From the NCBI GenBank assembly GCA_965206645.1, contig CBDBKE010000004.1:1440001-1504000 (forward strand): DNA of 64,000 bases, given 5' to 3'. Under the pieces are notes generated by a model. That model made no database searches. It was not told the origin of the DNA and was given only the letters and a program-made list of their open reading frames with translations. The stretch is from Terriglobia bacterium (GTDB taxonomy: Bacteria; Acidobacteriota; Terriglobia; JAJPHL01; JAPKYU01). Of this stretch, positions 19,210 through 28,819 are shown piece after piece; positions within the stretch are counted from its first letter, which is position 1, and each line of letters opens with the position of its first letter. Made by a program: the position numbers and the translations under genes.

Positions 19210-20097
19210 ATGAACGTACGTATTGGCACGTCCCCCGATTCCTGGGGGGTTTGGTTTGGGAGCGATCCGAAACAGATTCCGTGGCAGCGGTATCTGGACG
19301 AGGCGGTGATTGCCGGTTACGAGTGGACCGAACTGGGGCCCTACGGGTACCTGCCCACCGACGTGTCCCAGTTGCGCGGCGAACTGGAGCGCCGGGGGCT
19401 CAAGGTGCCTGCCGGCTTCGCCATAGGACGTCTGGATGACCCTGCGCAGTGGACCAAGTTAGAACGCGAGGTGGTCGGGGTTTGTGAGAGCCTCCGCGCC
19501 TTGGGCGGACGCTTTGCCATCCTGATCGACGACCTTTACACGAACCCTTTCACTGGCGAACATATCGCTCCGGCGAAGCTGGATTCAGACGGCTGGAAAC
19601 GGCTGATCGACAACACTCACCGGGTTGCCGATATCGTGCACGACCAGTACCGATTGAAAATGGTGTTCCATCCGCACGCCGAGACGCATGTAGAGTACGA
19701 AGACCAGATTGAGGTTTTCCTGGAGCAGACCGATCCCAATCGCGTTTTCCTCTGCCTGGATCCGGGCCATCATGCCTATCGCGGCGGCGATCCAGTCCGC
19801 TTCATGCGGCGGCACCACCAGCGGATCCCCTACATGCACCTGAAAAGCGTGGACCCTGAACTGCAAAAGAAAGTGGAAGCCGAGAAGATCCCCTTCGCCC
19901 ACGCGGTGGCCATGAATTTGTTCTGCGAGCCATCCGTCGGCGCAGTGGACTTTCCCGCGTTCCGCGACGTTCTCCGCGAGATTGATTTTGACGGCTGGGC
20001 CACAGTAGAGCAGGACATGTACCCGGCTCCCTTCGACAAGCCGCTGCCGATCGCCAAGCGGACCCGTGAATACTTGCGGGAAATCGGAATCGGATGA
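19210..20097 (+). CDS. IolE-like inosose dehydratase / sugar isomerase TIM barrel
   Basis: PDSWGVW, ELGPYGY, FHPHAET, LCLDPGH, HLKSV and VEQD; AAGGAG RBS. Confidence 0.85.
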   Translation: MNVRIGTSPDSWGVWFGSDPKQIPWQRYLDEAVIAGYEWTELGPYGYLPTDVSQLRGELERRGLKVPAGFAIGRLDDPAQWTKLEREVVGVCESLRALGGRFAILIDDLYTNPFTGEHIAPAKLDSDGWKRLIDNTHRVADIVHDQYRLKMVFHPHAETHVEYEDQIEVFLEQTDPNRVFLCLDPGHHAYRGGDPVRFMRRHHQRIPYMHLKSVDPELQKKVEAEKIPFAHAVAMNLFCEPSVGAVDFPAFRDVLREIDFDGWATVEQDMYPAPFDKPLPIAKRTREYLREIGIG

Positions 20098-20203
20098 AAC
20101 TGGGGCCGGCACAGGGACGAGAGGGCAGCGCGCCGGCCTCTGGACAAACCAGAGAGCTGATCAGAAACGTGACCGTGCGGCCTCATGCAGAAAGGCGGCT
20201 CAG

Positions 20204-21214
20204 GTGAAACTTGGTGTAATTACGCTCAACCTGGGAAACTTCGAGTTCGAAGAGGGCCTACAGTATGCCCAGAAGCTTGGGTTGCAGGCTCTCGAGGTTG
20301 GAGGCATTGGACTCTGGCCCAAGAAGTACTGCGACCCGGACAAGCTTGTTCGGGACAAAGGCGAGGTCGACCGATGGCTGGACGCGTTCGCCCGCCATGA
20401 CCTCGAAATCAGTGCGCTGGGCGGACACGGAGCTCCTCTCACGCCGGACAAAAAGGCCGCCGCAGAGTATTCGCGCCAGTTTCGGCAAGCGTGCAAGCTG
20501 GCAGAAATGTCCGGGATTAAGCGAATGACGCTATTCGCGGGCCTGCCGGAAGGCGCCGAAGGGGACACGGCTCCGAACTGGGTCGCCTTTATCGAGTGGC
20601 CCTTCTTGCGTGACACCTTGGAGTGGCAATGGGAGAAGCGGCTTCTTCCCTACTGGCGAGAGCACGGGAAGATCGCCAGCGATCACGGGCTGACGCTCTG
20701 CTTCGAGATGCACGGCGGGGATCTGATTTACAATCCGCCGACCATGAAGAGGCTGCGAGAGGAGATCGGCCCGGTCGCCGCGTGCAATTTCGACACCTCA
20801 CAGATGTGGTTCCAGGGAATTGACCCGGTTGAGGCACTTCATGACCTGGGTTCGCTGGTGCAGCACGTTCATGCCAAGGACACACTGATCCATGATCATC
20901 ACGCCCGGGTTCGTGGTCTGATGGACTCGGCCAGTTTCGAGCAGCCTGCGAATCGCGCCTGGACCTACACGATACCCGGTTGGGGACATGACCAGATTAC
21001 CTGGCGCCAGTTCGTTGTGACGCTTCGATTGATCGGCTACGACCATGTGCTCTCAATCGAAATGGAGTGCGAATACATGGAGATGGCGGAGGGTCTGGAA
21101 AAGTCGGTCTCCTTCCTCAAGCCGATCTTGCTGGAGCAGCCCACAACCTCCAGGTGGTGGAAGGTTGCACAGCATGGGAGGGCCGGCAGCCTCTCGCAGG
21201 ACAGCATCGGCTAA
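20204..21214 (+). CDS. Sugar phosphate isomerase/epimerase (paralog of 8485..9453)
   Basis: ISALGGHGAPL, CFEMH, NFDTSQMWFQG, HVHAKD, PGWGH and LSIE; probable GTG start at 20204. Confidence 0.88.
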   Translation: MKLGVITLNLGNFEFEEGLQYAQKLGLQALEVGGIGLWPKKYCDPDKLVRDKGEVDRWLDAFARHDLEISALGGHGAPLTPDKKAAAEYSRQFRQACKLAEMSGIKRMTLFAGLPEGAEGDTAPNWVAFIEWPFLRDTLEWQWEKRLLPYWREHGKIASDHGLTLCFEMHGGDLIYNPPTMKRLREEIGPVAACNFDTSQMWFQGIDPVEALHDLGSLVQHVHAKDTLIHDHHARVRGLMDSASFEQPANRAWTYTIPGWGHDQITWRQFVVTLRLIGYDHVLSIEMECEYMEMAEGLEKSVSFLKPILLEQPTTSRWWKVAQHGRAGSLSQDSIG

Positions 21215-21359
21215 TGGCGAGCCCGCAGTGTGCTCGGCCACGAATCGATTCCCATTACGATTCCGCGATGCTGACAAAAGATCCCGAACGTCAGCCGCCC
21301 GTTCGGATTTCAGGCAACTAAGCTAGGGAAGCGGAGCGCGGCGAGAAAAGCGTGAAGTT

Positions 21360-22493
21360 CTAGGAAGTATCCAGGTTCCCAGCCCAGAACGAACTGATCA
21401 GCCGGTTGACTTTGGCGGAAGCTTCCATCTGCACCATGTGGCCGCTTCCGGCAATGATCTCGGTGCGGACGTTTCCTGGCAGGCCCTGCGCTTGGGACAC
21501 GGGAATAACACGGTCTTCCCCGCCCCAAATCACCAGAATGGGCACCGACAACTCGCCGAGCCGATCGCGAAACACACCGGCTTGCCGCCCACCGGGACAG
21601 AACTGAGCGGCGATCGTACGCAAGGCTAGGTCAACCCCGTCGAGGCGTTTGTACTTGAGAATGTCGTCGACGAGCTGTCGGCTGACCAGCGACGGATTGG
21701 CGAACAGCTTCTCAAGGTGCGGCTTGATGTCCTTGCGCCTCTCGGCCTTGAGGAAACCATTGATGTAATCCCCGTCAATCTCTGGACCCAGTCCGCCGCT
21801 GGCGATCAGCACGAGCGACAAGGTGCGGTCGGGGTGGGCCAGAGCAAACTGCAGGGCAATCGCTCCCCCCATCGAGTGACCTGCCAGGTGAGCTTTGGGT
21901 GCCGTCACGGCGTCCATAAAGCCGCCTAGCGCTTGGGCGAACTCCACGAGGATGCCGTCGCCGACGTTTTTCGATGAGCCGCCATGCCCCGGTAGGTCCA
22001 GGGCATAGACGGCGCGATTTGCGGACAGCGACTCGTGATTGAACAGCCAGTTGTTGAGGTCGCCTCCGAAGCCGTGAATCAGGATGGCCGGCTCTCCACC
22101 TTCCCCGCGCCTCAGATAGCGCACGGTCTGGCCATAGACTTCCTCCATCTCCGGCTTGGGACCGGCAATTTCTTCCCCGGCCTCCTCGGGTACAAAAGTG
22201 GCTTGAAAGTCAGCGATGAAGGCGTCGATTTCCGAGTCGGGAACCGAAGCGTCGGCGATCACCGCGACGAGGCCAGCGACCGGCACCACCTGGCCTGGCT
22301 TGGCCACCTTGCGGCGCAGGATGCCTGCCTGGGGTGCTTCCAGTGCGCTTGCGATCTTCTCGGTCTCGATCTCGACTACCTCAATCCCCGGCTGGACCTC
22401 GGTCCCCTCCTCCACCAGCCAGTCGCCGACCTTGCCCTCCCTCATGGAGAGTCCCCATTTGGGCATGGTGAGCTTCTGGATGCCGGCGCTCAT
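21360..22493 (-). CDS. acoC: Acetoin dehydrogenase AcoC (lipoyl domain + alpha/beta hydrolase)
   Basis: MPKWGLSMREG and ETEKI lipoyl motif, followed by HGFGG, GHSMGG and GHMVQME. Confidence 0.9.
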   Translation of the reverse strand: MSAGIQKLTMPKWGLSMREGKVGDWLVEEGTEVQPGIEVVEIETEKIASALEAPQAGILRRKVAKPGQVVPVAGLVAVIADASVPDSEIDAFIADFQATFVPEEAGEEIAGPKPEMEEVYGQTVRYLRRGEGGEPAILIHGFGGDLNNWLFNHESLSANRAVYALDLPGHGGSSKNVGDGILVEFAQALGGFMDAVTAPKAHLAGHSMGGAIALQFALAHPDRTLSLVLIASGGLGPEIDGDYINGFLKAERRKDIKPHLEKLFANPSLVSRQLVDDILKYKRLDGVDLALRTIAAQFCPGGRQAGVFRDRLGELSVPILVIWGGEDRVIPVSQAQGLPGNVRTEIIAGSGHMVQMEASAKVNRLISSFWAGNLDTS

Positions 22494-23494
22494 CGCACCA
22501 CATCGCGAACCGCCGCGGCGATCCGGCTGGCATCAGGGATGTAGAGGTTCTCGAGGGTGTCACTGAAGGGCACCGGCGTGTGGGGAGGGGTTACCATCTT
22601 GATCGGGGCCTTGAGCGAGGCGAAACCGTTCTGGGCGACGATGGCCGAGATGTCGGTCGCCATGTTGCAGCGTGGATATGCCTCATCCACCACGACCAGG
22701 TGGCCCGTCTTCTCCACGCTTTCCAGGATAGCGTCCTCATCCAGCGGCGAGGTGGTTCGGGGATCGATGATTTCGCACTCGATCTTTTCCCCGGCCAGCG
22801 CCGCCGCGGCTTCCGAGGCCATGTGGACCATCCGGCCGAAGGCAACGATCGTTACGTCCTCGCCTTCTCGCACGAAACTGGCTTCGCCGAAAGGCACCGT
22901 GTAGGACTCCTCGGGAACCTCGCCCTCGATCGAGTAGAGCATCTTGTGCTCGCAGAACAGGACCGGATCGTTGTCACGTATTGCCTGAATGAGGAGCCCC
23001 TTGGCGTCGTAGGGAGTTGTCGGGATGACGCATTTCAGCCCCGGGATATGGGTGAAGATCGGGTACAGGCACTGGGAATGCTGGGCGGCGGCGCGAAGGC
23101 CAGCACCGATCATGCTACGGATCACCACCGGAGTGGTGGCCTTGCCGCCAAACATATAGCGGAACTTCGCGGCCTGATTGTAGATCTGGTCGAAACAGAC
23201 GCCCATGAAGTCGGCGAACATCAGCTCGACCACCGGCCTCAGTCCCGCAGTGGCCGCGCCGATGGCGGCGCCGACAAAGGCCGACTCGCTGATCGGCGTG
23301 TCCATGACGCGGTCGCCGAACTTGTCCCACAACCCCTTGGTCACGCCGAGCGGGCCGCCCCAGGAGTCCATCTCGACATCGGTCCCGCTGCCTCCGGCAA
23401 CGTCTTCGCCTATGACCACAACCGTCCTATCCCGCTCCATCTCCTGCGTCAGGGCCTCGTTGATTGCCTGCTTGAAGCTGATTTTCCTAGCCAT
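22490..23494 (-). CDS. acoB: Acetoin dehydrogenase E1 beta subunit
   Basis: DTPISE, GLRPVVELMF, AAKFRYMFGG, AAQHSQ. Confidence 0.92.
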   Translation of the reverse strand: MARKISFKQAINEALTQEMERDRTVVVIGEDVAGGSGTDVEMDSWGGPLGVTKGLWDKFGDRVMDTPISESAFVGAAIGAATAGLRPVVELMFADFMGVCFDQIYNQAAKFRYMFGGKATTPVVIRSMIGAGLRAAAQHSQCLYPIFTHIPGLKCVIPTTPYDAKGLLIQAIRDNDPVLFCEHKMLYSIEGEVPEESYTVPFGEASFVREGEDVTIVAFGRMVHMASEAAAALAGEKIECEIIDPRTTSPLDEDAILESVEKTGHLVVVDEAYPRCNMATDISAIVAQNGFASLKAPIKMVTPPHTPVPFSDTLENLYIPDASRIAAAVRDVVR

Positions 23495-23529
23495 TTCGTG
23501 CCTTTAGGTTTCGATCAGGTGTTGGCCAT

Positions 23530-24498
23530 TCAGTAGGACTCGTAGACGTCGGTTAACAAATCGGCCGTGACCGGCTTGGGGGCTTTCTTGGCTTGAGTCA
23601 CAGCATCCTCGATCAGCGCTGCTGACTCCTGGTCGATTTTCTTCAGCTCTGTCGGGTCGACTAGCCCGGCCGCGGTGAGTTTCTTCGCGAGGTTGGTGAG
23701 GCAGTCGCGGGACTCGCGAATCTTTTTCACCTCATCGGGTTGGCGGTAGGTTTGCGCGTCACCTTCGAAGTGCCCGAAGTAGCGGTTCACCTTGCATTCG
23801 ATCAGCGTCGGTCCCCCTCCCTCGCGAGCGCGCCGGATCGCTTCGCCGGCGGCTTCGTACACAGCGAAGAAGTCGTGACCGTCCACCGTTACGCCCGGCA
23901 TGTTGAAACCGTTCGCCCGATCCGCGATGTCCTGGCACGCGACCGAGTACTTGCAAGATGTGGCCTCGGCATACCCGTTGTTCTCGATCACGAAGATGCA
24001 CGGCAGCTTCCAGATCGACGACAGGTTCAGGCTCTCCAACAGGGTGCCCTGGTTTGAGCCTCCATCGCCAATGAAGCCTACGGCGACGTTCCTGGTGCCC
24101 AGCTTCTTCGCCGCCAACCCAGCGCCGCAGACCAACGGCGCCCCGCCGCCCACGATGCCATTGGCGCCCATCATCCCTTTCTCTAGATCCGCGATGTGCA
24201 TCGAGCCGCCCTTGCCTCCACACAGCCCGTTCTTCCTGCCGTAAATCTCGGCCATCATGCCGTGGGCGTCGCAGCCCTTGGCCAGGCAATGGCCATGGCC
24301 CCGGTGCGTACTGGCGATCTTGTCATCATCGCTGAGGTGCATACAGACCCCGACCGCGATCGCTTCCTCGCCAGCGTAGAGATGGACGAATCCTGGAATT
24401 TCGCCGGTGGCGAACTCGATGTGGATCCGCTCTTCAAACTCCCGGATTGTTTTCATGGTCCGGTAGGCTTTCAGTAGCTCGTCCTTACCGAGCTGCAT
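23530..24498 (-). CDS. acoA: Acetoin dehydrogenase E1 alpha subunit (ThDP)
   Basis: PGFVHLYAGEEA, STHRGHGH, GGSMH, GDGGSNQG and GHFEGD. Confidence 0.92.
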   Translation of the reverse strand: MQLGKDELLKAYRTMKTIREFEERIHIEFATGEIPGFVHLYAGEEAIAVGVCMHLSDDDKIASTHRGHGHCLAKGCDAHGMMAEIYGRKNGLCGGKGGSMHIADLEKGMMGANGIVGGGAPLVCGAGLAAKKLGTRNVAVGFIGDGGSNQGTLLESLNLSSIWKLPCIFVIENNGYAEATSCKYSVACQDIADRANGFNMPGVTVDGHDFFAVYEAAGEAIRRAREGGGPTLIECKVNRYFGHFEGDAQTYRQPDEVKKIRESRDCLTNLAKKLTAAGLVDPTELKKIDQESAALIEDAVTQAKKAPKPVTADLLTDVYESY

Positions 24499-25591
24499 GT
24501 GTCACACTCCTCTCTTCTGCCGGCCTGTGATCGCCCGGCCCGTGGTTGCCCGGACCCTGACGCTGTGCCAACAGGCCGTCTTTTGCAGCCCGGGCCATCA
24601 CCCGGTCGATGTCGATCGTCAGGGGGCCGTCAGTCTGCAGTTGGATGGTGACCCGGTCGTCCGGTCCGAATTCTATTTCCCGCTCCCCGTCGATCGCGAC
24701 CACCCCGCGCGGTGTCTCTACCCTCTGAGGTTCCCCCGGATGAATTTCGTGAACGGCGGCGATTCCGACGCGCACGATCAATCCGGGCGCGATGGGCGCC
24801 ACCAGTGTGGTTGATGCCGCTTCGGGCGGTGCGAGATCAACGCGTAGCCCGTAAGCAGCGCTCCGAGAAACCGGACGGAGGAGCCCGGCGATCGAAGAGA
24901 GTCCAATGGCGTTTGTTTCGGAAAAGGCAACGAAAATCTGGCTCAGAGCCTCGGGCCGCCACAAAGCCTTGGACCCAATCCACAGATCCCTGGAAATCGA
25001 GACGTCCACCACTGCGAGCTCGCGCGAGGCGCCGTTGATCTCCACCCGCAACACTTTGTTGCGGACCACTGCTTCAGCTAGGGAAACCCGAGCGGCGGCC
25101 ACCAGGCCGGTGGCCAAGCCGGCGATCGTCGCCTCGCGGATTGCTGGAAAGACATTGTTGGTGCCAGTGGATAACGCCGTGATGGGTGTCTCCCCGCAGG
25201 CCATCGCCACGAGCCGGTGTGTGCCATCGCCACCGAGCACCACGATGGCCCCGACCTGGGCCGCGACCATGCGCTCGACCGCATGCACGGTGTCGAGCGG
25301 TCCCGCTTCGATCGGCATGCCCAAGAAGACAACCTCGGGCCACGGCGCCTCGGCCGGGCGGTGAGTCGCAACAGCCTGACGCACTCGGTCGGCAATGCCA
25401 TCCACGTCCGGCATCATCAATACCCGGCCGATGCCGACTGCGCCCAAGGCCGACAGTAGCCGGGTGATCATGTTGCACTTTTCGGCAAGGTGGAACACCG
25501 ATGCCTGCGCAACCAAACGACGGATGTCCCGCCCCGACGCCGGGTTTGCCAGAATGCCGACCGCCGTCTCACGCGCGAAGGATTTTGCCAC
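24485..25591 (-). CDS. acoX: AcoX / ATP-NAD kinase family protein
   Basis: VGILANPASGRDIRRLVA, LGGDGT, STGTNNVFP, DGERE; probable GTG start at 25591. Confidence 0.85.
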   Translation of the reverse strand: MAKSFARETAVGILANPASGRDIRRLVAQASVFHLAEKCNMITRLLSALGAVGIGRVLMMPDVDGIADRVRQAVATHRPAEAPWPEVVFLGMPIEAGPLDTVHAVERMVAAQVGAIVVLGGDGTHRLVAMACGETPITALSTGTNNVFPAIREATIAGLATGLVAAARVSLAEAVVRNKVLRVEINGASRELAVVDVSISRDLWIGSKALWRPEALSQIFVAFSETNAIGLSSIAGLLRPVSRSAAYGLRVDLAPPEAASTTLVAPIAPGLIVRVGIAAVHEIHPGEPQRVETPRGVVAIDGEREIEFGPDDRVTIQLQTDGPLTIDIDRVMARAAKDGLLAQRQGPGNHGPGDHRPAEERSVTHAAR

Positions 25592-25753
25592 GTCTTGCGA
25601 GTTGCCCAAGTGCAGTGGTTCGCTGTCTCTCTTTCTAGTATTGGCCGGTATTGGCCCCCAATTGTTGCACTTCGAGTTACGCCTGTCCAGACTGTCCTGA
25701 AAACCCATCCGCAGACCCACAGCCCAGGCTTTTGCCGCCCGCACGCGTCCGAT

Positions 25754-28198
25754 TTACTTGTGCCGGGTGAACGCGAGCGCCATCAACGCCGCTTGTTCCC
25801 GGGCGTGCGCCTTCACCGAGCCGGTGGCAGGACTGGCGCTAGCCGAGCGCTTGACCGACCGAACGTGCCGCCTGCCCGCCAGTTCCTCCAGGCGCGGTTG
25901 CACGAACCACAGCGCCCCCATGTTGGCCGGCTCTTCCTGCACCCAGACGATCTCCCGGGCACGGCCATGTCGCTTCAGCTCCTGAGTCAGCTCCTGCTCA
26001 GGAAACGGGTACAACTGTTCGAGCAATACCACGGCGGTCGAGGCATCGGCACGGCGCTGCCGTTCGGCGCGCAGCTCATGTCCGACCTTGCCCGAGCAGA
26101 GCACAATCCGCGTGGCAGAGACGGCGGTGGAGTCCGGCAGCACAGGCTGGAAACGGCCGCCGGCCAGATCTTCCAGCGGCGAACAGGCCCGGGGATGGCG
26201 CAACAGGCTCTTGGGCGTCAGCGCTACCAGGGGCTTGCGCCAGCGCCGCAGGGCCTGCCGCCGCAGTAGGTGAAAATACTGTGCCGCAGTCGAGGGCTGG
26301 CACACTTGCAGATTGTCCTCGGCTGCCAGTTGCAGGAAGCGCTCCAGACGGGCGCTGGAGTGCTCGGGGCCCTGCCCTTCGTAGCCGTGTGGCAACAGCA
26401 CCACCAGACCCGAAAGTAGCCCCCACTTGTCCTCGGTGGCGCTGACAAACTGGTCCATGATGACCTGCGCGCCATTGGCGAAGTCCCCGAATTGGGCCTC
26501 CCAGAGCACCAGGGCTTCGGGATAATCGCGGCTGAAGCCGTACTCAAAACCCAGCGGCGCTGCCTCCGAGAGCGGGCTGTCGTAGATCGCAAAGGCCCCC
26601 TGCTGCGGATGAAGATGCCGGAGCGGGGTGTATTCCTCTTCCGTCTCGATGTCGATCAGTACGGCGTGGCGATGGTCAAATGTGCCACGCCGGCTATCTT
26701 GCCCGCTCAGGCGTACCTGGATGCCCTCCCATAGCAGGGAGCCGAAGGCCAGGGCCTCCGCCATACCCCAATCCACGGACCGCTGCCCGCTCCCCATTTG
26801 GCGGCGCTGCTCCAGGCCGCGCTTCACCTTCGGATGAAGATGGAAGCTCTCCGGAGGGGTCGTGATGCGCTCGGAAATCTCCCTCAGCCGTTGCCGCGCA
26901 ACTGCAGTGTCCACTTCCCGGGACGGGTCGTAGGGACCGCCTTTGAACTTCAACCAGTACTCCGCGGGATGCCACAGGCGGGGGGTCTTGCGCATGGCTC
27001 TCGCCTCGTCCATCTCCTGGTGTAGGTGATCCCGGACGCGCTCGGTGAGCCGCTCGGTGCTTCGGGCATCGGCACCGATCGCTTCCGCATACGACTTCCA
27101 CAGGGACGGGAGGGTGCGAAGCTTTTTGTAAAGACGGGGCTGTGTGGTGGTCGGATCGTCCACCTCGCTGTGGCCGTGCAGGCGATAGCCGATCAGGTCA
27201 ATCACCACGTCGGTCCTGAACGAATAGCGGTAGTCCACCGCCAGGCGCGCCACCCGCACCACCGCCTCCGGATCGGTGCCGTTGACGTGGAAGATGGGAA
27301 CCGAGAGGCGCTTGGCAAGATCCGAGGCGTAGCGCGAGGAGTGCAGGGCCGCCGGCAGCGTGGTGAAGCCGACAAGGTTATTCACGATGACGTGGACGGT
27401 GCCGCCAACCGTGAATCCGTCCAGCTCGGCCAGGTTCAGGGTCTCAGCCACGATTCCCTGCCCGGCGAAGGCTGCATCCCCGTGAACCGTCATCGGCAGG
27501 ACCTTGGCAGGACCGCTCTCCCCCAAGCGCTCCTGCTTGGCGCGCGCCCGCCCCATCACGACCGGATCCACCGCTTCCAAGTGACTGGAATTCGAAACCA
27601 GATGGATACTGATGGGCTGCCCTTTCCGGCTGCTGAACACTCCCGTCGCCCCAATGTGGTATTTGACGTCCCCACCTCCTAGCACGCTCCGAGGGTCCAC
27701 GTCCTCGAATCTGGCAAAGACCTCAGCGCCGCGCTTGCCCACAATGTGGTACATGGCGTTCAAGCGGCCACGGTGACTCATGGCCATCACCGCCTGTTCG
27801 GCGCCCTGCTCGGCCGAGCGATCGAGAACCGCATCGAGCAGCGGGATCAGGGCCGTCGAACCCTCCAGAGAATAGCGTTTGGCCCCGATGTAGCGGGTCT
27901 GGAAGACGCGCTCCAAAGTGTCGGCGCTGATCAGCAGCTCCAGGATGCGGCTGCGGTCCAGGCCATTGGGCGGGCCGGTTTCCATGCGCTGCTGGATCCA
28001 CCGGCAGCGGTCCGGATCGGGCATGTGCATGAACTCCACGCCGATCGAGCCACAATACACAGCCCGCGCCCGCTCGGCTGCCTCTCCACTCACGTCCAGC
28101 TCAGGATGAGGCTGCGGCCTCAGGCGATCCAGAGGATCTAGGTTCGCCTGGAGGTGCCCCCACCTGCGGAAAGCATCCAGAATGCGTTCCTCGCTCAT
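25754..28198 (-). CDS. sucA: 2-oxoglutarate dehydrogenase E1 component
   Basis: KRYSLEG, HRGRLN, GDVKYH, HGDAAFAGQG, LSGQDSRRGTF, WEAQFGDF, GPEHSSAR and QEEPANMG; probable ATG start at 28198. Confidence 0.93.
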   Translation of the reverse strand: MSEERILDAFRRWGHLQANLDPLDRLRPQPHPELDVSGEAAERARAVYCGSIGVEFMHMPDPDRCRWIQQRMETGPPNGLDRSRILELLISADTLERVFQTRYIGAKRYSLEGSTALIPLLDAVLDRSAEQGAEQAVMAMSHRGRLNAMYHIVGKRGAEVFARFEDVDPRSVLGGGDVKYHIGATGVFSSRKGQPISIHLVSNSSHLEAVDPVVMGRARAKQERLGESGPAKVLPMTVHGDAAFAGQGIVAETLNLAELDGFTVGGTVHVIVNNLVGFTTLPAALHSSRYASDLAKRLSVPIFHVNGTDPEAVVRVARLAVDYRYSFRTDVVIDLIGYRLHGHSEVDDPTTTQPRLYKKLRTLPSLWKSYAEAIGADARSTERLTERVRDHLHQEMDEARAMRKTPRLWHPAEYWLKFKGGPYDPSREVDTAVARQRLREISERITTPPESFHLHPKVKRGLEQRRQMGSGQRSVDWGMAEALAFGSLLWEGIQVRLSGQDSRRGTFDHRHAVLIDIETEEEYTPLRHLHPQQGAFAIYDSPLSEAAPLGFEYGFSRDYPEALVLWEAQFGDFANGAQVIMDQFVSATEDKWGLLSGLVVLLPHGYEGQGPEHSSARLERFLQLAAEDNLQVCQPSTAAQYFHLLRRQALRRWRKPLVALTPKSLLRHPRACSPLEDLAGGRFQPVLPDSTAVSATRIVLCSGKVGHELRAERQRRADASTAVVLLEQLYPFPEQELTQELKRHGRAREIVWVQEEPANMGALWFVQPRLEELAGRRHVRSVKRSASASPATGSVKAHAREQAALMALAFTRHK

Positions 28199-28327
28199 AT
28201 CCCGATAGTATCCCCTCCAGGACATTCGGAATGGAATCGTCTGCGTTAGCAGGAATGCCTTTAGGCGAAGCACCTGTGTGCTAGCTTATAGGTGGGACTT
28301 TAGTCTGGCCAAAGGAGGCTGGAGCTG

Positions 28328-28777
28328 ATGAGCTGGATGGTGTACGTTGCGGGGACGGTGCTCTGTTGGGGCCTCTACGGGCTGGTGCTGCATCGGGGGC
28401 AGGTGCAGCTTGGCAATCCGCTGCGCGCGCTGCTCTGCGTGGGGATGGCGTACTTCCTGATCGGCGTGCTGGTGCCGGTCACCGCCCTGTGGCTTCAGGG
28501 AGATTTGAAGGGCTTTAACCAAGCGGGGACTGCGGCGGCCACGCTGGCCGGCGCACTGGGCGCTGCCGGCGCCATCGGCATCATCTGGGCTTTTCGGGCG
28601 GGAGGCCTTCCAACTTACGTGATGCCCCTGGTCTTCGGCGGCGCTCCGTTAGTAAATGTGGCCTTCGCGCTCTGGCTCCATCCACCGCGCGCCACGCTCA
28701 GCCCGATGCTCTACGTCGGCTTCCTCCTGACCGCAGTCGGCGCCGGCCTGGTCCTCTATTACAAGCCAGCGTCCTGA
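28328..28777 (+). CDS. Small integral membrane protein (DMT/EamA-like)
   Basis: 149 aa with about 5 hydrophobic segments, WGLYG and VMPLVFGGAP; GGAG RBS. Confidence 0.7.
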   Translation: MSWMVYVAGTVLCWGLYGLVLHRGQVQLGNPLRALLCVGMAYFLIGVLVPVTALWLQGDLKGFNQAGTAAATLAGALGAAGAIGIIWAFRAGGLPTYVMPLVFGGAPLVNVAFALWLHPPRATLSPMLYVGFLLTAVGAGLVLYYKPAS

Positions 28778-28819
28778 GATGGCATCCGGCAGCCGCGGAG
28801 AAAAAATGGGACGACTATC

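Noticed and set aside
25575-25675. sigma54 promoter for acoXABC
   Set aside because: The TGGC...GC candidates have the wrong spacing or strand, and no AcoR-type activator is in the window.
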